From Ginglymostoma cirratum (lineage: Eukaryota): a stretch of 64,000 nucleotides of DNA. Where the stretch lies: assembly GCA_024137785.1 (NCBI GenBank), contig JAHRHZ010000140.1:30733687-30797686 (forward strand), given 5' to 3'. The position numbers were made by a program, and so were the translations under genes. The first letter of the stretch is position 1; the number at the start of each line of letters is the position of its first letter. This document shows, in pieces, positions 62,895 through 64,000 of this stretch. The notes under the pieces were generated by a model. That model was not told where the DNA came from. It ran no database searches and saw only the letters and a list, made by a program, of their open reading frames with translations.

Positions 62895-63385
62895 TTGGCC
62901 AACCTAACCTTCCAGTCACTGCCCATTTCAACACTCCCCCGTCCCACCCCACACTCCCCAACAACCCCACCAACATGTTCTGCTTGGCCTCCTCCAGTGT
63001 CACAAAGCAAGTTTGAAGAACAACACCTTATCTTCCACCTGGGCACTCTACAGCCTGCAGTACTCAACATTGAGTTCTCCAATTTCAAATAATCTTCCCA
63101 CCCATCCCCCACCTCCCCTTCCAGTCCCACCTGCTCCCTTCCATTCCATCTTCTGACCCACCCTTCCAGCCACCAACCGGATTCATCCCTTCCATCAACT
63201 AACAATGTCGTACCTATTACCAGTGTCCACCTATTACCACCATTCTGCCTCCACCCCTCCCCCCCACCTCTTTATCTGCAACTCCCCCAACTCCACATCC
63301 AGTCCTGAAGAAGGGTAATATCCAAAATGTTGTCTGCGCGTTTCCTCCAGATTGCTGTGTTCTTCCAGCCTCCTGCTTACCTACC
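62895..63385 (+). mobile_element. Penelope-like element 3' end (GIY-YIG C-terminus, pLTR, hammerhead remnant)
   Basis: SQSKFEEQHLIFHLGTLQPAVLNIEFSNFK* matches the PLE endonuclease end (RKLEEQHLIFRLGTLQPxGLN). A C-rich UTR follows, then ctgaagaagggtaatatccaaaatgttg and tgctgtgttcttccagc. Confidence 0.88.
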
Positions 63386-64000
63386 TCAGAAATGAAATTG
63401 TCAATGCTTCACCCAGCCAACAGCAATGAACTGAAGAAGCACGGCAAGTTTGGCATCATCAGAGTCATCGACATCTGAATTTCACAATATTGAATTTGAT
63501 CACTTTCTGGAAACTAAGTAATGGACGCTCGGCTGCTCTGTCCAGTTTTCAGGAAACATAGATTTTCCCATTCTTAGGTAAAGTGTATTTTTTTGTGAGG
63601 TTCATGGTTTCTGGCACCCCATGGTCCATGGTAACTTTAATCATCCTATCTTCTACTCTTACCTCATTAATTATGTACCCGGCCTCTACAGTGCCCAGTT
63701 CATGGAATCACGCAGCAGGACAGATGGAAGTGCTTGCCGCTTATGGGACTTTGTCACATTGATGCTATATTTAAAGCACAACTCCACAGCACTTCAGATG
63801 CTGCAAGCCAAGAATGGCCCTTCACACTGTGGTCCTGTACTATTGGAAAGGAAATAATTGAGAAAGACTCACTATCTCTATAGTTCACCCACAGGGGATC
63901 TGGAGCTGGTGGAGAGGCACAAAGTATTATATCCTGTTGTCTGGCAAAGGAAGTCAGGCCACCAAACACAGCCACCTTCGATGAAAATAGCATTCCATGT

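Overview
Vertebrate genomic DNA, almost certainly from a cartilaginous fish. This is inferred from HE1 V-SINEs, SacSINE1/Deu-type SINEs, CR1/HER1-type LINEs and shark-type Penelope pLTR fragments; a carpet shark is plausible but not provable here. I found no supportable host protein-coding gene, so the window looks like a gene desert or large intron. It is AT-rich, CpG-depleted and heavily layered with transposon fossils. These include one young 5'-truncated CR1 with an almost intact RT ORF (36.6-38.8 kb), a Rex1/Babar LINE, many older CR1/L2/RTE pieces, a decayed Gypsy gag-protease, a Tigger transposase, PIF/Harbinger remnants (four Myb/SANT exons, one transposase) and an LF-SINE-like element. 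The most unusual structures are three short Penelope-derived fold-back insertions. Each has 14-17 bp target-site duplications and near-perfect inverted arms that are specific to that copy. Two of them sit exactly on the two 400-N assembly gaps, and related pLTR fragments retain minimal hammerhead-ribozyme cores. Several repeat-free islands look like conserved non-coding elements, and there is one strong CTCF motif. All family assignments come from motif recognition and remembered consensus sequences, not database searches. Boundaries of old elements are approximate.
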